Positions 26,986 to 38,929 are shown, counted from the stretch's first letter. The stretch: DNA of 64,000 bases from Eubacteriales bacterium (GCA_045631845.1 JAZQVM010000045.1:3563-67562), one strand, 5' to 3'. The notes: a model not told the origin generated them from the sequence alone. Numbers and translations: made by a program.

Positions 26986-28110
26986 TTATAGCAATAACAA
27001 ATTGAAAATTCTTCGCCATTCCATTTGAAAACTTTTTGTTACAGAAGATCGTAGCGCAACATCCTCTACCGCACATAGATCGATGGTAGCCACCGCTTTT
27101 CCGTTACAGCTAATCTCTGCCTTGGCCAACACCTGCCCTTTGCGTATGGGCGCAAATACAACCGCAGGCGTTTGGTGCAATATCTCATAGGTCAACCCCT
27201 CTTGCGTATTCGGCAAGCAGATCGGCATACTGTTGGTAGCCACAACCGATCCCGCCACGCCGCCGGCAACCGGAACCGTTACCGCAATTTCATCGACATC
27301 GGCTTGCTTGGTTATCGCCATCTTGCTAAAACCGTAATCCAATAATTGCGCATGGTCCTGCCAATCGTCGGGGGCGCGTAAGGTAACGCAGATCAAGGCA
27401 ATACCGTCCTTAGAGGCCGAGGATACCAAACAACGCCCCGCCGCCTTGGTAAATCCCGTCTTCATACCCGTTGCATAGTCATACATGCGAAGCAAAGAAT
27501 TGTGATTGCTGTAACTATGAGTGAGGCCATCCACAGTGGTAAATGTTATATTTTTTGTTGCCACTATGCGGGAGAGTACCGCATCCTGATGAGCAAAGCG
27601 TCCAATCTGCGCCAACTCCCGTGCCGTAGTATAATGTGTCTCATCAGGCAAGCCCGATGGGTTGGCAAATGCGGTACTCGCCAATCCCATCTCTCCTGCC
27701 CGTCGGTTCATATAGGAAATAAACGTCTCTCGATCCCCGTCAAATGCATGTTCTGCTAATGCCTCGGCCGCATCATTACCCGAACTGAGAAGCAGCGCAT
27801 AAAGCAACTGCTCTACACTTATCCGCTCCCCTGCCTGCAAATTTGAACTGCTTCCTTCAACGCCTGCCGCGGATTGGCTGATCGTCACAATCTCATCCAA
27901 CCGACAACATTCCCGTATCATTAACGCCGTAAATAGCTTTGTTGTGCTGGCCATAGGCATGACCATATCGGGATCCTTTTCATATAATACATGACCTGTC
28001 ATGGCTTCAATCAAAATACAACTTTGCGCCGATATCGCCATCTCCGCCCGCACAGGCAAAACAAAACTGCATATAATAATCACGAGTATTATGCTGCATA
28101 TTCGCTTCAT
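26986..28110 (-). CDS. dacB: D-alanyl-D-alanine carboxypeptidase (PBP5 family serine peptidase)
   Basis: Signal/anchor sequence plus SxxK (ASTTK), SxN (SSGND) and KTG (MKTGFT) motifs. Confidence 0.88.
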   Translation of the reverse strand: MKRICSIILVIIICSFVLPVRAEMAISAQSCILIEAMTGHVLYEKDPDMVMPMASTTKLFTALMIRECCRLDEIVTISQSAAGVEGSSSNLQAGERISVEQLLYALLLSSGNDAAEALAEHAFDGDRETFISYMNRRAGEMGLASTAFANPSGLPDETHYTTARELAQIGRFAHQDAVLSRIVATKNITFTTVDGLTHSYSNHNSLLRMYDYATGMKTGFTKAAGRCLVSSASKDGIALICVTLRAPDDWQDHAQLLDYGFSKMAITKQADVDEIAVTVPVAGGVAGSVVATNSMPICLPNTQEGLTYEILHQTPAVVFAPIRKGQVLAKAEISCNGKAVATIDLCAVEDVALRSSVTKSFQMEWRRIFNLLLL

Positions 28111-28165
28111 ATTATCCCCTCCTATTAATACTTTATCTTATTCTAAACCATAGGGGAAAATGAAC

Positions 28166-28200
28166 GCAAAAAAACAGGAAAAGCACATGGCTTTTCCTGT
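28166..28200 (-). terminator. Rho-independent terminator after rpsU
   Basis: Hairpin ACAGGAAAAGC-N5-GCTTTTCCTGT followed by 7 T on the minus strand. Confidence 0.8.
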
Positions 28201-28210
28201 TTCTCAATGC

Positions 28211-28387
28211 TTATTTGTATTTGCGCTTACGAGCAGCTTCGGACTTTTTCTTACGCTTAACACTGGGTTTCTCGTAATGCTCTCTCTTGCGGAGTTCGGA
28301 CAACGTGCCGTCCTTCGAGCAGGATCTCTTAAATCTTCTAAGAGCGCTGTCGAGCGACTCGTTTTCTTTAACCTTAACGACTGCCAT
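28211..28387 (-). CDS. rpsU: 30S ribosomal protein S21
   Basis: Not in the ORF track (58 aa). My translation is [70 protein letters not shown]. Confidence 0.93.
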   Translation of the reverse strand: MAVVKVKENESLDSALRRFKRSCSKDGTLSELRKREHYEKPSVKRKKKSEAARKRKYK

Positions 28388-28435
28388 TATGTTCTACCCT
28401 CCCTCCGAATATGAAACCTTAAAACTACGAGTTTA

Positions 28436-28464
28436 ATTATAATAAACCTATCGTCAATTGTCAA
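28436..28464 (-). promoter_or_regulatory. Consensus sigma-A promoter for rpsU
   Basis: Minus strand reads TTGACA-17 nt-TATAAT. Confidence 0.7.
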
Positions 28465-28472
28465 GCAATATT

Positions 28473-30878
28473 TTACTTTACAACCAAGTTAATTAACTTA
28501 TTTTTAACATAAATCGTCTTAAAGACAGATTTTCCGTCAATGGCGGCCTTCACTTTCTCGTCAGCAAGCGCCAAATCCACCACCGTCTGCTGCTCCGAGT
28601 CGGGCGCAATGGGAATCAGGCTGCGCAATTTGCCGTTGATCTGAACGGGAATCTGAATGGTGTCATCCACCGTCTTGCTCTCGTCATACTCGGGCCAAAC
28701 AGCCGAGGTAGTGATGTCTTGCTCATGACCGCACATCTGCCACATTTCCTCAGCCAGATGCGGAGCAAAGGGGCTAACCATCAGAATGTAATCGCTCAGC
28801 GCCTTCTTGGTGATAGATCCCGCCGCATAGATATCATTCAGTAACGCCATCAGCGAAGCAATTGCCGTATTGAACTTCATATCTTCAATATCCGCCGAAA
28901 CCTTCTTGATGGTCTTGTGGAAATTCTTCTCCAGAGCGCCGTAATCGTCGCCCTCAACCATCATATCCAGCAGGTTAAAGACACGTTCCAAGAACCGCTT
29001 GCATCCCTTGATCGACTGGCTCGACCAAGGCGCCGCCTTCTCAAAGTCACCAATAAACATGATAAACAAGCGCAAGGTGTCAGCACCGTACTCAGCCACC
29101 ACATCATCGGGATTGACCACATTCCCACGGGACTTGGACATCTTTTCACCGTTCTCGCCCAAAATCATACCGTGCGAGGTACGCTTCTGATAAGGCTCAC
29201 AGGTCGGTACTACACCCAAATCATACAGGAACTTATGCCAGAACCGAGAATAGAGCAAATGCAACGTGGTGTGCTCCATACCGCCGTTATACCAGTCGAT
29301 CGGCGACCAGTACTCCAGCGCTTCCTTCGAAGCCAACGCATCATCGTTGTTCGGGTCAATGTAGCGCAGGAAATACCACGAAGATCCCGCCCACTGCGGC
29401 ATGGTATCGGTCTCTCTGCGAGCAGGAGCTCCACAGTGAGGACAGGTCGTGTTAATCCACTCGGTCATATTGGCCAACGGTGACTCGCCGTTGTCGGTCG
29501 GTTCATAACTCTCCACTTCCGGTAACTGTAAAGGCAATTCACTTTCCGGAATGGGCACCCAACCGCAATGCTCACAATAGACCATCGGAATCGGCTCACC
29601 CCAATACCGCTGACGGGAGAATACCCAGTCACGCAACTTGAAGTTGACCTTCTTGGTGCCAATTCCCTGCTCCTCAAAAAACTCAATAATCTTATCAATG
29701 GCTTCCTTAACCGTCAATCCATTTAAGAATCCCGAATTGATCATCGTTCCGTTCTCAATATCGGTAAACGGTCCATCACTAATATCTCCACCATCCACAA
29801 CCTGCACCATCGGCAAATCAAACGCCTTGGCAAAATCATAGTCACGGGTATCGTGTGCCGGCACCGCCATGATCGCACCCGTGCCATAGGACATCAACAC
29901 GTAATCGGACACAAAAATGGGAATCTCCTTACCCGTCGCCGGATTGATGGCACGAATCCCATCTAAGCAAACGCCCGTCTTATCCTTGTTGATCTCGCTA
30001 CGCTCAAAATCACTCTTGCGTGCCGCCAACGCTGCATAGTCCTTGATCGCATCATAGTTGGCCAGCTTATCCTTGTTCGCCTCAATCATCGGATGTTCAG
30101 GCGAAATAACCATGTAAGTAGCACCAAAAATGGTATCGGGACGTGTTGTGAAGATTAAGAGCGTATCTCCCGCCGTCGTCTTAAAGGAAACCTCAGCCCC
30201 ATAGCTCTTACCGATCCAGTTCTTCTGCTGAATCTTAACACGCTCAATGAAATCAACCTCATCCAGATCGCTGATCAAACGGTCGGCATACTCGGTAATC
30301 TTGAGCATCCACTGGCTCTTAACACGACGCTCAACAGGCGATCCGCAACGCTCGCAAACACCGTTGACCACTTCCTCGTTAGCCAATACACACTTACAGG
30401 AGGTACACCAGTTAACGGCCATCTCCTTCTTGTAGGCCAATCCCTTCTTGAATAACTGCAGGAAAATCCACTGTGTCCACTTATAATATGCCGGATCGGT
30501 CGTCGAAATCTCTCTGGACCAGTCAAAGGACATACCCGTCGCTTTGATCTGCTCCTTAAAATGCGCAATGTTTTGCGCCGTAACAATCTTCGGATGAATC
30601 TTATTCTTAATCGCATAGTTCTCGGTCGGCAAACCAAACGCATCCCAGCCAATCGGGAACAATACATTGTAACCGTTCAAACGACGTTTACGCGCCACAA
30701 CATCCATCGCCGTGTAAGGACGGGTATGCCCTACATGAAGCCCCTGCCCCGACGGATACGGAAACTCAATAAGCGCATAGAATTTCGGTTTGTCCGAATC
30801 GGTTCCCGTCTTAAATGTTTCGTTCTTCTCCCAATGGTCTTGCCATTTCTTTTCAATTGCAGAAAAATCGTATTTCAT
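28473..30878 (-). CDS. leuS: Leucine--tRNA ligase
   Basis: 801 aa; HVGH (HIGH-type) and KMSKS motifs; CP1 editing region. Confidence 0.96.
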   Translation of the reverse strand: MKYDFSAIEKKWQDHWEKNETFKTGTDSDKPKFYALIEFPYPSGQGLHVGHTRPYTAMDVVARKRRLNGYNVLFPIGWDAFGLPTENYAIKNKIHPKIVTAQNIAHFKEQIKATGMSFDWSREISTTDPAYYKWTQWIFLQLFKKGLAYKKEMAVNWCTSCKCVLANEEVVNGVCERCGSPVERRVKSQWMLKITEYADRLISDLDEVDFIERVKIQQKNWIGKSYGAEVSFKTTAGDTLLIFTTRPDTIFGATYMVISPEHPMIEANKDKLANYDAIKDYAALAARKSDFERSEINKDKTGVCLDGIRAINPATGKEIPIFVSDYVLMSYGTGAIMAVPAHDTRDYDFAKAFDLPMVQVVDGGDISDGPFTDIENGTMINSGFLNGLTVKEAIDKIIEFFEEQGIGTKKVNFKLRDWVFSRQRYWGEPIPMVYCEHCGWVPIPESELPLQLPEVESYEPTDNGESPLANMTEWINTTCPHCGAPARRETDTMPQWAGSSWYFLRYIDPNNDDALASKEALEYWSPIDWYNGGMEHTTLHLLYSRFWHKFLYDLGVVPTCEPYQKRTSHGMILGENGEKMSKSRGNVVNPDDVVAEYGADTLRLFIMFIGDFEKAAPWSSQSIKGCKRFLERVFNLLDMMVEGDDYGALEKNFHKTIKKVSADIEDMKFNTAIASLMALLNDIYAAGSITKKALSDYILMVSPFAPHLAEEMWQMCGHEQDITTSAVWPEYDESKTVDDTIQIPVQINGKLRSLIPIAPDSEQQTVVDLALADEKVKAAIDGKSVFKTIYVKNKLINLVVK

Positions 30879-30908
30879 TTTATGCCTTCCTGTCAGCCTT
30901 TCGGCGTA

Positions 30909-31262
30909 TTATTCTTCAAATTGAGCCGTGTCGATCTCGTCGGCATCCGCCCAAAGTTTTTCAAGGTTGTAATAATCTCTGGCCGTAGGGTGGAAAATAT
31001 GCACCACAACACTATCATAGTCAAGCAAAATCCAGTTCCCCGAACTGTACCCTTCCCGATGCGATACCACAACTCCGGCCTGCTCCAGCTTAAATTCCAC
31101 TTCATCGGCAATCGCCTTGATCTGCGTCGTCGATGTACCGTTACAAATGACAAAATAATCAGCAACCGCCGTCAATTTGTCAATCTTCAACACCTTAACG
31201 TTGATCGCCTTACGGTTTTCCATAGCGCCAACAATTGTCTTCAACATTACCTTTTCCATCAT
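30909..31262 (-). CDS. rsfS: Ribosome silencing factor RsfS (iojap family)
   Basis: 117 aa, typical RsfS (DYFVICNGTSTTQ, WILLDY). Confidence 0.88.
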   Translation of the reverse strand: MMEKVMLKTIVGAMENRKAINVKVLKIDKLTAVADYFVICNGTSTTQIKAIADEVEFKLEQAGVVVSHREGYSSGNWILLDYDSVVVHIFHPTARDYYNLEKLWADADEIDTAQFEE

Positions 31263-31831
31263 TTCGCCCTTTCTGATACTAATTGATTATAACATAAAAA
31301 TGTGTCCGGATGAATCGGTGCCGACCTCTCCAATAACTCCTCAATCGTCTGTTTCATGGCCTGCAACAACATCGCATCCAATCCCTCATCGATCAAGGCT
31401 CGCACTTCCTCTACCCCATCAAAGGTTCGGTTCACTTCAATATAATCGGCTAAATACACGATTTTATCCAATACCGTCATATTCGCCCGCCCTGTCGTGT
31501 GATACCGAAGCGCATCCAACACCATCGGATCATCAATACCTAAACAATCTCGGGCATACCCCGCCGCCGTCATAGCATGCCATAACTTGGGCGAACACTT
31601 CTCCATATCCGTCAAAGCAATACCGAATTGCCCACACATCTCCAATTGCTCTTGCGCAGAACATTCCTTGGTAATGTCATGCAACCAGCTGGCCAAGCAC
31701 GCCTGCTCGGGATCCGCCCCATACCGCACCGCCAAGTCATACGCCGCATCCACCACACCGCAGGTATGCAGATACCGCTTGAGCGATAACCGCTCCTTGG
31801 CCAGCGATTTGAAATCTTGCTTATTCTTCAT
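31259..31831 (-). CDS. yqeK: HD-domain bis(5'-nucleosyl)-tetraphosphatase YqeK
   Basis: HD motifs (RYLHTCGV, WLHDITKE); conserved position after nadD. Confidence 0.85.
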   Translation of the reverse strand: MKNKQDFKSLAKERLSLKRYLHTCGVVDAAYDLAVRYGADPEQACLASWLHDITKECSAQEQLEMCGQFGIALTDMEKCSPKLWHAMTAAGYARDCLGIDDPMVLDALRYHTTGRANMTVLDKIVYLADYIEVNRTFDGVEEVRALIDEGLDAMLLQAMKQTIEELLERSAPIHPDTFLCYNQLVSERAK

Positions 31832-32411
31832 GATATAACTGATGCTCCTGCATATACTGCCACACCGCCGGCTCTACCATATTCCCCTGCACCGATCCGT
31901 CCCGTATCTCACTGGAACTGACCGCCAAAGGCTTTATGAAAATAATCCGACAACGGGCACGATATTTAAAAAAGTAAAAAACTTTTTTCAACCACAATTT
32001 CAAAAGCACATGCTTCTCCCTTGCCGCCGTTACGATGGTCGCCATCGCAAAAATGGAAGCCGTGTCCCGCCATGTTCCCAAGGATAAAAACATATCACTG
32101 CCGCAAATCAAATGCAGCTGATCGGTCGGATACTGCTCCCGCAACTGTCGCAGCGTATCTACCGTGTAACTCTTCCCCTTCCGCTCCAATTCTATGTTCG
32201 AAACTTCATGATCGGGAAAAGCCAACCGAGCCATCTCAAACCGATGAGTAGGATCGTTATCGGCCACCGTCTTATGCGGCGGCATATAGGACGGAATGAC
32301 AATCACCCGATCCAAACCAACTTTCTCCACTACACGGTCCAATAACAACCGATGCCCCTTGTGCGGCGGATTAAAAGTGCCGCCGAAAATACCGATTTTC
32401 ACATCGATCAC
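31821..32411 (-). CDS. nadD: Nicotinate-nucleotide adenylyltransferase
   Basis: GIFGGTFNPPHKGH motif and a SSSEIR motif. Confidence 0.92.
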   Translation of the reverse strand: MIDVKIGIFGGTFNPPHKGHRLLLDRVVEKVGLDRVIVIPSYMPPHKTVADNDPTHRFEMARLAFPDHEVSNIELERKGKSYTVDTLRQLREQYPTDQLHLICGSDMFLSLGTWRDTASIFAMATIVTAAREKHVLLKLWLKKVFYFFKYRARCRIIFIKPLAVSSSEIRDGSVQGNMVEPAVWQYMQEHQLYHEE

Positions 32412-32704
32412 TCCAAAACGATCTTACGTTTCTCGTGATCGCTGGCCGGCCGATACAATACAATCTTTGACCCAATGCATTGCACCACATCCGCCCCCAA
32501 AGCCTCGGCTAACTGCCCGGCGCACTCCTTGGTAGTCATAAATGCCGTCTCCAGCACATTGATCTTGAACATTTCTTTGATTTCTAAGGTTTCATCCAGC
32601 TGCCGAATCAGATTCTCGGTAATGCCCGCCTTGCCCAGCTGCTCGGTCGCCTTCATGGTATTTGCCATCTTGCGCAACTGCGCCCGTTGTCCACTGGTAA
32701 TCAT
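32408..32704 (-). CDS. yhbY: RNA-binding protein YhbY (CRM domain)
   Basis: 98 aa; CRS1/YhbY pattern (LTSGQRAQLRKMA...LGKAGIT). Confidence 0.85.
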   Translation of the reverse strand: MITSGQRAQLRKMANTMKATEQLGKAGITENLIRQLDETLEIKEMFKINVLETAFMTTKECAGQLAEALGADVVQCIGSKIVLYRPASDHEKRKIVLE

Positions 32705-33294
32705 TTGTTCTCCTGTATCTCTTGTAGTTTCATTCGAAGCGCCGCCAAGGCCGCACCCCGATGACTGATCGCATTCTTTTCCTCATCCGTAAGTTCCGAA
32801 AAGGTCTTCCCCTGCGACGGAATGTAGAAAACGGGGTCATAACCAAACCCGCCGCTTCCTGCCGCCTCATGGGCAATTTCACCCAAACAACGACCCGTTA
32901 CGGTAAACGACACATCCTCAGGTAATACACAGGCAATCGCACACTCGAAACTGGCACTGCGGTCAGCCGCATCCCCGATCTCCTGTTGCAGTTTGGCAAT
33001 CTTCTCCGGATAGGTTGCATCCTCACCGCCATAGCGTGCCGAGTAAATACCGGGGCGCCCGCCCAAAGCATTTACGCACAAGCCCGAATCATCGGCAATC
33101 GTGCCCAGCCCTGTTAACGCATAGCCACACTGCGCCTTGATCATGGCATTTTCTTCAAAGGTCGAGCCGGTCTCCTCGGGATCAAAGTCAACACCTAATT
33201 CTTTAGGTATCACCGTTTCAAATCCGAGAGGACCTAAAATCTCATCGATTTCCCGTTTCTTGTTGACATTATTGGTCGCAATCAGCAGTTTCAT
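32701..33294 (-). CDS. rdgB: Non-canonical purine NTP pyrophosphatase (RdgB/HAM1)
   Basis: LLIATNNVNKKREI, EETGSTFEENA and GFGYDPVF motifs. Confidence 0.92.
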   Translation of the reverse strand: MKLLIATNNVNKKREIDEILGPLGFETVIPKELGVDFDPEETGSTFEENAMIKAQCGYALTGLGTIADDSGLCVNALGGRPGIYSARYGGEDATYPEKIAKLQQEIGDAADRSASFECAIACVLPEDVSFTVTGRCLGEIAHEAAGSGGFGYDPVFYIPSQGKTFSELTDEEKNAISHRGAALAALRMKLQEIQENK

Positions 33295-34199
33295 TCTAAC
33301 AATCCTTTAGCATAACTCTCGGGCGAGAATAAGTCAAAATCATCCGCACCTTCGCCCAATCCTACAAACTTAATGGGAATCCCCAGCTGATGCAACACGC
33401 CGATGGCCATACCGCCGCGAGCCGTGCCGTCCAGCTTGGTCAATACAATACCGGTCAATCCCGTTGCCGTGGCAAATTCCTTGGCTTGGTTGATGGCATT
33501 CTGCCCTGTCGTCGCATCAATCACCAGCAAAAATTCCTTGTCGGCATCGGGTAACTCCCGATCAATCACACGACTCATCTTGGTCAGTTCATCCATCAAA
33601 TGCTTTTTGTTATGCAAGCGACCGGCCGTATCACAAACAATCACATCTTTGCCCCGAGCCTTGGCCGCCGCAATGGCATCAAACAGTACCGCCGCCGGAT
33701 CTCCGCCCTCACGGTGCTTGACAATATCAATATCAATCCGCTTGGCCCAGATATCCAACTGCTCCGACGCCGCCGCACGGAAGGTATCTCCTGCCGCCAG
33801 CAACACCTGCTTGCCGTTGTCGTGCAGGTACTTAGCCAATTTAGCGCAAGTAGTCGTCTTGCCCGTACCGTTAACACCAATGACCATAATCACCGACGGC
33901 TTGGTGTTAATCTGCAAGGCCGACCGATCGTCCGACATCTGCTCGGTAATAATCCGCATCAACAGTTCCCGCACCTGCTCGGCCGTAGAGATCTTCTCCA
34001 GTTTCGCCTGCTTTCTTAACTTGTCAATGATCTCCTCGGTCACTTCCACTCCCGCATCGGCCATAATCAGAGTTTCTTCCAGTTCTTCCAGAAAATCCTC
34101 ATCCACCGTGCGGAAATTGGAAAGCAAGGAGTTCATACTCTCACCAAAAGATTGGCGGGTCTTGCTTAATGTACTTTTCAGCTTTTCAAAAAGTCCCAT
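33291..34199 (-). CDS. ftsY: Signal recognition particle receptor FtsY
   Basis: NG domain with GVNGTGKTTT, DTAGR and TKLDGTARGG motifs. Confidence 0.95.
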   Translation of the reverse strand: MGLFEKLKSTLSKTRQSFGESMNSLLSNFRTVDEDFLEELEETLIMADAGVEVTEEIIDKLRKQAKLEKISTAEQVRELLMRIITEQMSDDRSALQINTKPSVIMVIGVNGTGKTTTCAKLAKYLHDNGKQVLLAAGDTFRAAASEQLDIWAKRIDIDIVKHREGGDPAAVLFDAIAAAKARGKDVIVCDTAGRLHNKKHLMDELTKMSRVIDRELPDADKEFLLVIDATTGQNAINQAKEFATATGLTGIVLTKLDGTARGGMAIGVLHQLGIPIKFVGLGEGADDFDLFSPESYAKGLLE

Positions 34200-34209
34200 C
34201 TATATGCTC

Positions 34210-37200
34210 CTATTGAATCCGCAATTCATCATACACTTCACCAACATTGATCGTCAGTAGCTTGGAAACACCTTTCTCCTGCATGGTAACGCCATACAGA
34301 ACATCGGCCTCCTCCATCGTACTGCGACGGTGAGATACAATAATCACCTGCGTATGCTCGGTAATGGTATGTAAGAAGGCGGCAAAACGTGCCGTATTGA
34401 CTTCGTCCAGCGCCGTTTCAATCTCGTCCATGATACAGAACGGAGTAGGACGAACACGGATAATGGCAAAGTACAAGGCAATGGCAACAAAGGCCTGCTC
34501 ACCACCCGACAAGGCCGACAGATTCTTAATCACCTTACCCGGCGGGGTCACTCGGATTTCGATGCCGGTATTGAGCATATCGGTCGGGTCGGTCAGAATC
34601 AGATCGGCTTTACCGCCGCCGAACAACTCACGGAAGGTCTGCTTAAAGGTCTCATTGATAACCACAAACTGCTCGCTGAAGATCGACTTCATCTGCTCGG
34701 TCAGCTCGGCAATTACCTTTTCCATGTCACTCTTGGCCTGCTCTAAGTCATTGGTCTGCCCCATCAGGAAATCATAACGATCCTTAACCGCTTTATATTC
34801 CTCAATGGCGCCAATATTAACATCTCCCATGCGCTTCATCTTGCCCTTGATCTCCCCTAAACGCTGTTGCGCCTTGGTAATACTCGGCAATTCCTGACGA
34901 AGCGGCTGGGCATCGGTCAGCGTCAATTCATATTCGTCAAACAGACGAGCCACAATGTTATCATACTCCGACTCGATGGTTTCCCGTCTGGTTTCCAAAC
35001 GCTCCACCTCACGAATCAGACGCTCCTTCTCGGCCGCCACATCACGGGAAGATACCCGAAGTTCATTAACCTTCTTCTCGGCCTCTTCACGCTGACGGCG
35101 AATATCCTCCACATGAGCCTGTTTATCTAAAGCCTGCGCACGCAAGTCCTCAGCCTGCTGACGGCAATTTTCAATACCGTTTTCCAGTTCTACATTCTTC
35201 TGTGTCAGCTGATCCATTTCGGCATGCTTGGCATCTATAATCGAATTACGCTCCAGCTTGTAGCCGTTGAGTTCCTCAATCGAACGCAGAATCGTTTCAA
35301 TATCCTTTTCCATGGTAAAGATGGCCAGTTTGCGCTCACCAATTTGAGCCACAACCGCATCCCGTCTGGCAATGATCTCCTCATGCCCCTTAAGCAACTC
35401 ATCCGATTGCGCCGTATGCTGGGCAATTTCCTGCGTCAACTGATCGGACAAGGCCGAGCAAGAAACCATCTCCGCCTTAGCCGCATCATATTCGGCATGG
35501 GCATCAGCATCCCGCTGGGTCAACTGGGACACAACCGCCTGGGCATTGGACAGCCGCTGCTTGGCATCATCCAAACGTAAGCGATTGGCCATGTTGGCAT
35601 CTTCATGCTGACGAATCTCGGCACGCACCCCGTCGGCAAACGCATTATCTCTTGCCAATTTGTCACTCAACTCATTGAGTGCTTCGCAAGCCTTCTGATA
35701 CTCGATCTCGTGCGCCTTGAGTTCGCCTTCCAAACGCTTCATTTCGTTTTGGCGAGTCAGAAGCCCCGACCCCTTAACGGCACTACCGCCGGTCATACTG
35801 CCGCCGGCATTTACCACCTGACCGTCCAAGGTCACAATACGGAACTTATACCCAATCTGCTTTGCCAAGGTAACGGCATTTTCCAGATTGTAAACCACGC
35901 AGACACGACCCAGCAACCAGTTGACAAGGCTGCGGTATTTGTCGTCACACTTCACCATCTCCGATGCAATACCCAAAAAACCAAGGCTCTCTTTCATGTC
36001 ATCGGTATTGATCACCTTGCCCGAAATGGTGGATACGGGCAGGAATGTAGCCCGTCCGGCATTGTTGTTCTTCAGGTAATACACCGCCGCCTTGGCATCG
36101 CTTTCGGTGTCTACTACGATATTTTGAATGGTATTGCCCAATGCCGTTTCAATGGCAACGGCATATTTCTCATCGGTACGCACGATCGAAGAAACAGGGC
36201 CGCACACGCCGTGCAACTGCTGACGGGAGGAGGCTTGCATCACCCGTTTAACGCTGTCGTGATACCCGTCAAAATGGTTCTGCATATCCGCCAAAGTCGT
36301 CAATCGCAGTTTCTTGGCGTTCATATTGTTTTCCAGTTCCAGTTTAATCTTTTCCTGCTTCTCCACCCGCAATTGCAGGGCGCTAATGCGCATTTCATAA
36401 CCGCTGACCGTATTGCTAAGTCCGTTAATAGCCTCACAGGTCTTGGCAATTTCTTCTTCCTTTTCCTTAACCTGTCCTTCAATCTCGGCATATTCGCTCT
36501 TCGCCTGCATCAATTGCTCAGACAGTCTTTCAAAGTTTTGATTGAGTACCGCACAGTTGCTTTCGGCAAAACCGATCTTAATCTTAGCATCGGTCAAGCG
36601 CTCCGACAATTCCAGTATCTCTTTGTTGAGCGTGTTGATACGCTCCTCTACCTGCGATTCCTCGCCATGGATGGCCGAATTGGTATCATTCAGGGCAGTC
36701 AGTTGTTCCTGCTCTTTGGTTAAATCCACACGCAAAGCATCAATTTGAGATTGACGATCGGCAATGGTTTGATCAAAACTCTTCATCTTTTCATCGTCTT
36801 CGTCGATCTCAGTCTGCAAACGGGCGATCAATTCCCCGTTGTGCTCGATATCACTGCGAATCAAAGAAATTTCATTTTCTTTAGCCGCCGCCTGCTCGTT
36901 GAGAGATACGATCTCACCACGCAGAAAATCGATAGCTTGGGTGGCCTGCTGAGCGGCCAAATAAATGTCTTCCGATTCCTTTTCCTGCAGAGCAATTTTC
37001 TGCTCTACCTGCTCTAAATCGGCACGGCCGGTAATGCAATCCTGCTCAATCTTCTCTTTGTTAACCTTAATGTTATCAATATTTCCCAGCCAAAGGCTAA
37101 CTTCCAGCCCCTTCTTCTCGTCCCGCAAACGCAGATATTCCCGTGCCGTTTCTGCCTGCTTCTCCAGCGGGCCCACACGAGATTCCAGTTCGGCAACAAT

Positions 37201-37779
37201 ATCCCGCAGACGGATCAGATTTTCTTCGGTCTGTTCCAGCTTACGCTCCGATTCCTGCTTGCGATAGCGGTACTTGGAAATACCGGCCGCCTCTTCAAAA
37301 ATCTGGCGGCGCTCATCGCTCTTAGAGGCCAAAATATCTGAAATTTTACCCTGACCGATGATCGAATACCCATCGCGGCCAATGCCGGTATCCATAAGCA
37401 ATTCATGAATATCCTTTAGGCGAACAGGGCTGCGATTGATCATATATTCGCTCTCACCCGAACGGTAATACCGCCGAGTCACGGTAACTTCCGTAAAATC
37501 AATAGGCAAACTCTTATCCGAGTTATCCAGCGTCAGCGAAACCTCCGCAAATCCCATAGCCTTGCGGCCGGTCGTACCGTCGAAAACAACATCTTCCATC
37601 TTGGTACCGCGCAGCATCTTAGAACTCATTTCGCCCAAAACCCAGCGCACGGCATCGGTAATATTACTCTTACCGCTTCCGTTAGGACCCACAATAGCCG
37701 TGATGCCCTTGTTAAAATGGATGGTTGTCTTATCAGGGAACGATTTAAATCCCTGCATTTGTAAAGATTTTAAAAACAT
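34210..37779 (-). CDS. smc: Chromosome segregation protein SMC
   Basis: N-terminal GPNGSGKSN Walker A, long coiled coils, hinge, C-terminal LSGGE signature and Walker B. Start placed at [14 protein letters not shown]; upstream in-frame ATGs remain possible. Confidence 0.95.
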   Translation of the reverse strand: MFLKSLQMQGFKSFPDKTTIHFNKGITAIVGPNGSGKSNITDAVRWVLGEMSSKMLRGTKMEDVVFDGTTGRKAMGFAEVSLTLDNSDKSLPIDFTEVTVTRRYYRSGESEYMINRSPVRLKDIHELLMDTGIGRDGYSIIGQGKISDILASKSDERRQIFEEAAGISKYRYRKQESERKLEQTEENLIRLRDIVAELESRVGPLEKQAETAREYLRLRDEKKGLEVSLWLGNIDNIKVNKEKIEQDCITGRADLEQVEQKIALQEKESEDIYLAAQQATQAIDFLRGEIVSLNEQAAAKENEISLIRSDIEHNGELIARLQTEIDEDDEKMKSFDQTIADRQSQIDALRVDLTKEQEQLTALNDTNSAIHGEESQVEERINTLNKEILELSERLTDAKIKIGFAESNCAVLNQNFERLSEQLMQAKSEYAEIEGQVKEKEEEIAKTCEAINGLSNTVSGYEMRISALQLRVEKQEKIKLELENNMNAKKLRLTTLADMQNHFDGYHDSVKRVMQASSRQQLHGVCGPVSSIVRTDEKYAVAIETALGNTIQNIVVDTESDAKAAVYYLKNNNAGRATFLPVSTISGKVINTDDMKESLGFLGIASEMVKCDDKYRSLVNWLLGRVCVVYNLENAVTLAKQIGYKFRIVTLDGQVVNAGGSMTGGSAVKGSGLLTRQNEMKRLEGELKAHEIEYQKACEALNELSDKLARDNAFADGVRAEIRQHEDANMANRLRLDDAKQRLSNAQAVVSQLTQRDADAHAEYDAAKAEMVSCSALSDQLTQEIAQHTAQSDELLKGHEEIIARRDAVVAQIGERKLAIFTMEKDIETILRSIEELNGYKLERNSIIDAKHAEMDQLTQKNVELENGIENCRQQAEDLRAQALDKQAHVEDIRRQREEAEKKVNELRVSSRDVAAEKERLIREVERLETRRETIESEYDNIVARLFDEYELTLTDAQPLRQELPSITKAQQRLGEIKGKMKRMGDVNIGAIEEYKAVKDRYDFLMGQTNDLEQAKSDMEKVIAELTEQMKSIFSEQFVVINETFKQTFRELFGGGKADLILTDPTDMLNTGIEIRVTPPGKVIKNLSALSGGEQAFVAIALYFAIIRVRPTPFCIMDEIETALDEVNTARFAAFLHTITEHTQVIIVSHRRSTMEEADVLYGVTMQEKGVSKLLTINVGEVYDELRIQ

Positions 37780-37821
37780 ATCTTGCATAAACCTCAATTC
37801 TGTTAATGCATTTGATTAAAA

Positions 37822-37850
37822 ATTATATCAAAAAACAAAGGAAATTTCAA
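37822..37850 (-). promoter_or_regulatory. Sigma-A-type promoter upstream of smc
   Basis: Minus strand reads TTGAAA-17 nt-TATAAT. Confidence 0.6.
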
Positions 37851-37891
37851 TATTTATTCTGTTTTTTTCGCTTTTTTGAAGGCTTTTTGAA

Positions 37892-37935
37892 CGAAAAAAG
37901 GGCTGTTTCTTCCCTTTTTCGTAAAGAAACAGCCC
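37892..37935 (-). terminator. Rho-independent terminator after rnc
   Basis: Hairpin GGGCTGTTTCTT-N12-AAGAAACAGCCC followed by TTTTTTCG on the minus strand. Confidence 0.8.
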
Positions 37936-37942
37936 AAAATTT

Positions 37943-38629
37943 TTATAAACCCATCAATTTTAATGCTTCATTGGCCGCCATTTGCTCGGCTTCTTTCTTG
38001 CTTCGCCCTGTTCCCGTGCCGATACAATTGCTGTTGAGCAGGACGGCGACCGTGAATATCTTGCGATGATCCGGCCCTTCGGTTTTGAGTAACCGATAAG
38101 TCAAGTGCTCGCCTCGATTTTGCTGAACAATCTCTTGCAACATCGTCTTGGCATCCTTAAACAGCCGCCCCGAAATAGCATCGGGCAGGCCTCGCTCCAA
38201 ATAGGGCAGGATAAACTTTCTTGCCGCTTCGATCCCGCCATCCAAATAGATGGCCGCAATCAAGGCTTCAAAGGCATCCGCCAGAGCCGAGGGACGGTGA
38301 CTGCCGTCCGACAATTCCTCACTGCGGCTAAAGCGAATATACGAACCCAAGTCGATCTCAAGGGCAAATTTCGCCAATGAGGCTTCGCATACCAAGGCGG
38401 CACGCAATTTACTTAGACTACCTTCATTAAACCGATTCTGATCCATAAAGAGCATACCGGCACAGATAAATCCCAATACCGAGTCACCCAAAAACTCCAA
38501 GCGCTCATTGGATACGGTTCCCTCTTCTTTGGCTTCGTTGACGTAAGAAGAATGGGTAAGCGCTCGCTGCAATAACGACTTATCCTGAAAACGATATCCG
38601 ATTTTTCCTTCAAGCGCCTCATAATTCAT
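37943..38629 (-). CDS. rnc: Ribonuclease III
   Basis: ERLEFLGDSVL catalytic signature and a C-terminal dsRBD (GSGRSKKEAEQ-like: GTGRSKKEAEQMAA). Start at MNYEALE. Confidence 0.93.
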   Translation of the reverse strand: MNYEALEGKIGYRFQDKSLLQRALTHSSYVNEAKEEGTVSNERLEFLGDSVLGFICAGMLFMDQNRFNEGSLSKLRAALVCEASLAKFALEIDLGSYIRFSRSEELSDGSHRPSALADAFEALIAAIYLDGGIEAARKFILPYLERGLPDAISGRLFKDAKTMLQEIVQQNRGEHLTYRLLKTEGPDHRKIFTVAVLLNSNCIGTGTGRSKKEAEQMAANEALKLMGL

Positions 38630-38692
38630 CTTCTCACACCCTTTCCCTATACAAGGCAATATCCCCTCATTCAAGGGGATATTGAATCATTC

Positions 38693-38929
38693 TCAGTTGC
38701 CCTGCTTTTCGGTAATGTAATTAACAACATCACCGATAGTCTTTACGCCGTCTACATCCTGATCGTCGATCGCCACGCCGAATTCTTCCTCAACGGCCAT
38801 GATCAATTCTACGATATCAAGCGAATCGGCCTCCAGATCATCCACAAACGAAGTTTGCATCGTGATTGTATCCGGATCGTTAATCATAAACTGTTCCACA
38901 ATAAGTGCTTTAATTTTATCAAATACCAT
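38693..38929 (-). CDS. acpP: Acyl carrier protein
   Basis: DLEADSLDIVEL phosphopantetheine site. Start at MVFDKIK (GGAGGA SD 7 nt upstream). Confidence 0.93.
   Translation of the reverse strand: MVFDKIKALIVEQFMINDPDTITMQTSFVDDLEADSLDIVELIMAVEEEFGVAIDDQDVDGVKTIGDVVNYITEKQGN

Noticed and set aside
30879-30908. T-box leader upstream of leuS.
   Set aside because: Only 30 nt separate leuS from rsfS, which leaves no room for a T-box. leuS appears to be co-transcribed with the upstream genes.
35605-36723. 372-aa plus-strand ORF antisense to smc (plus several shorter ones at 34364-37819).
   Set aside because: It is the shadow of the smc coiled-coil region. Glu/Lys/Leu/Gln-rich codons give stop-poor antisense frames. 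No signals or motifs.
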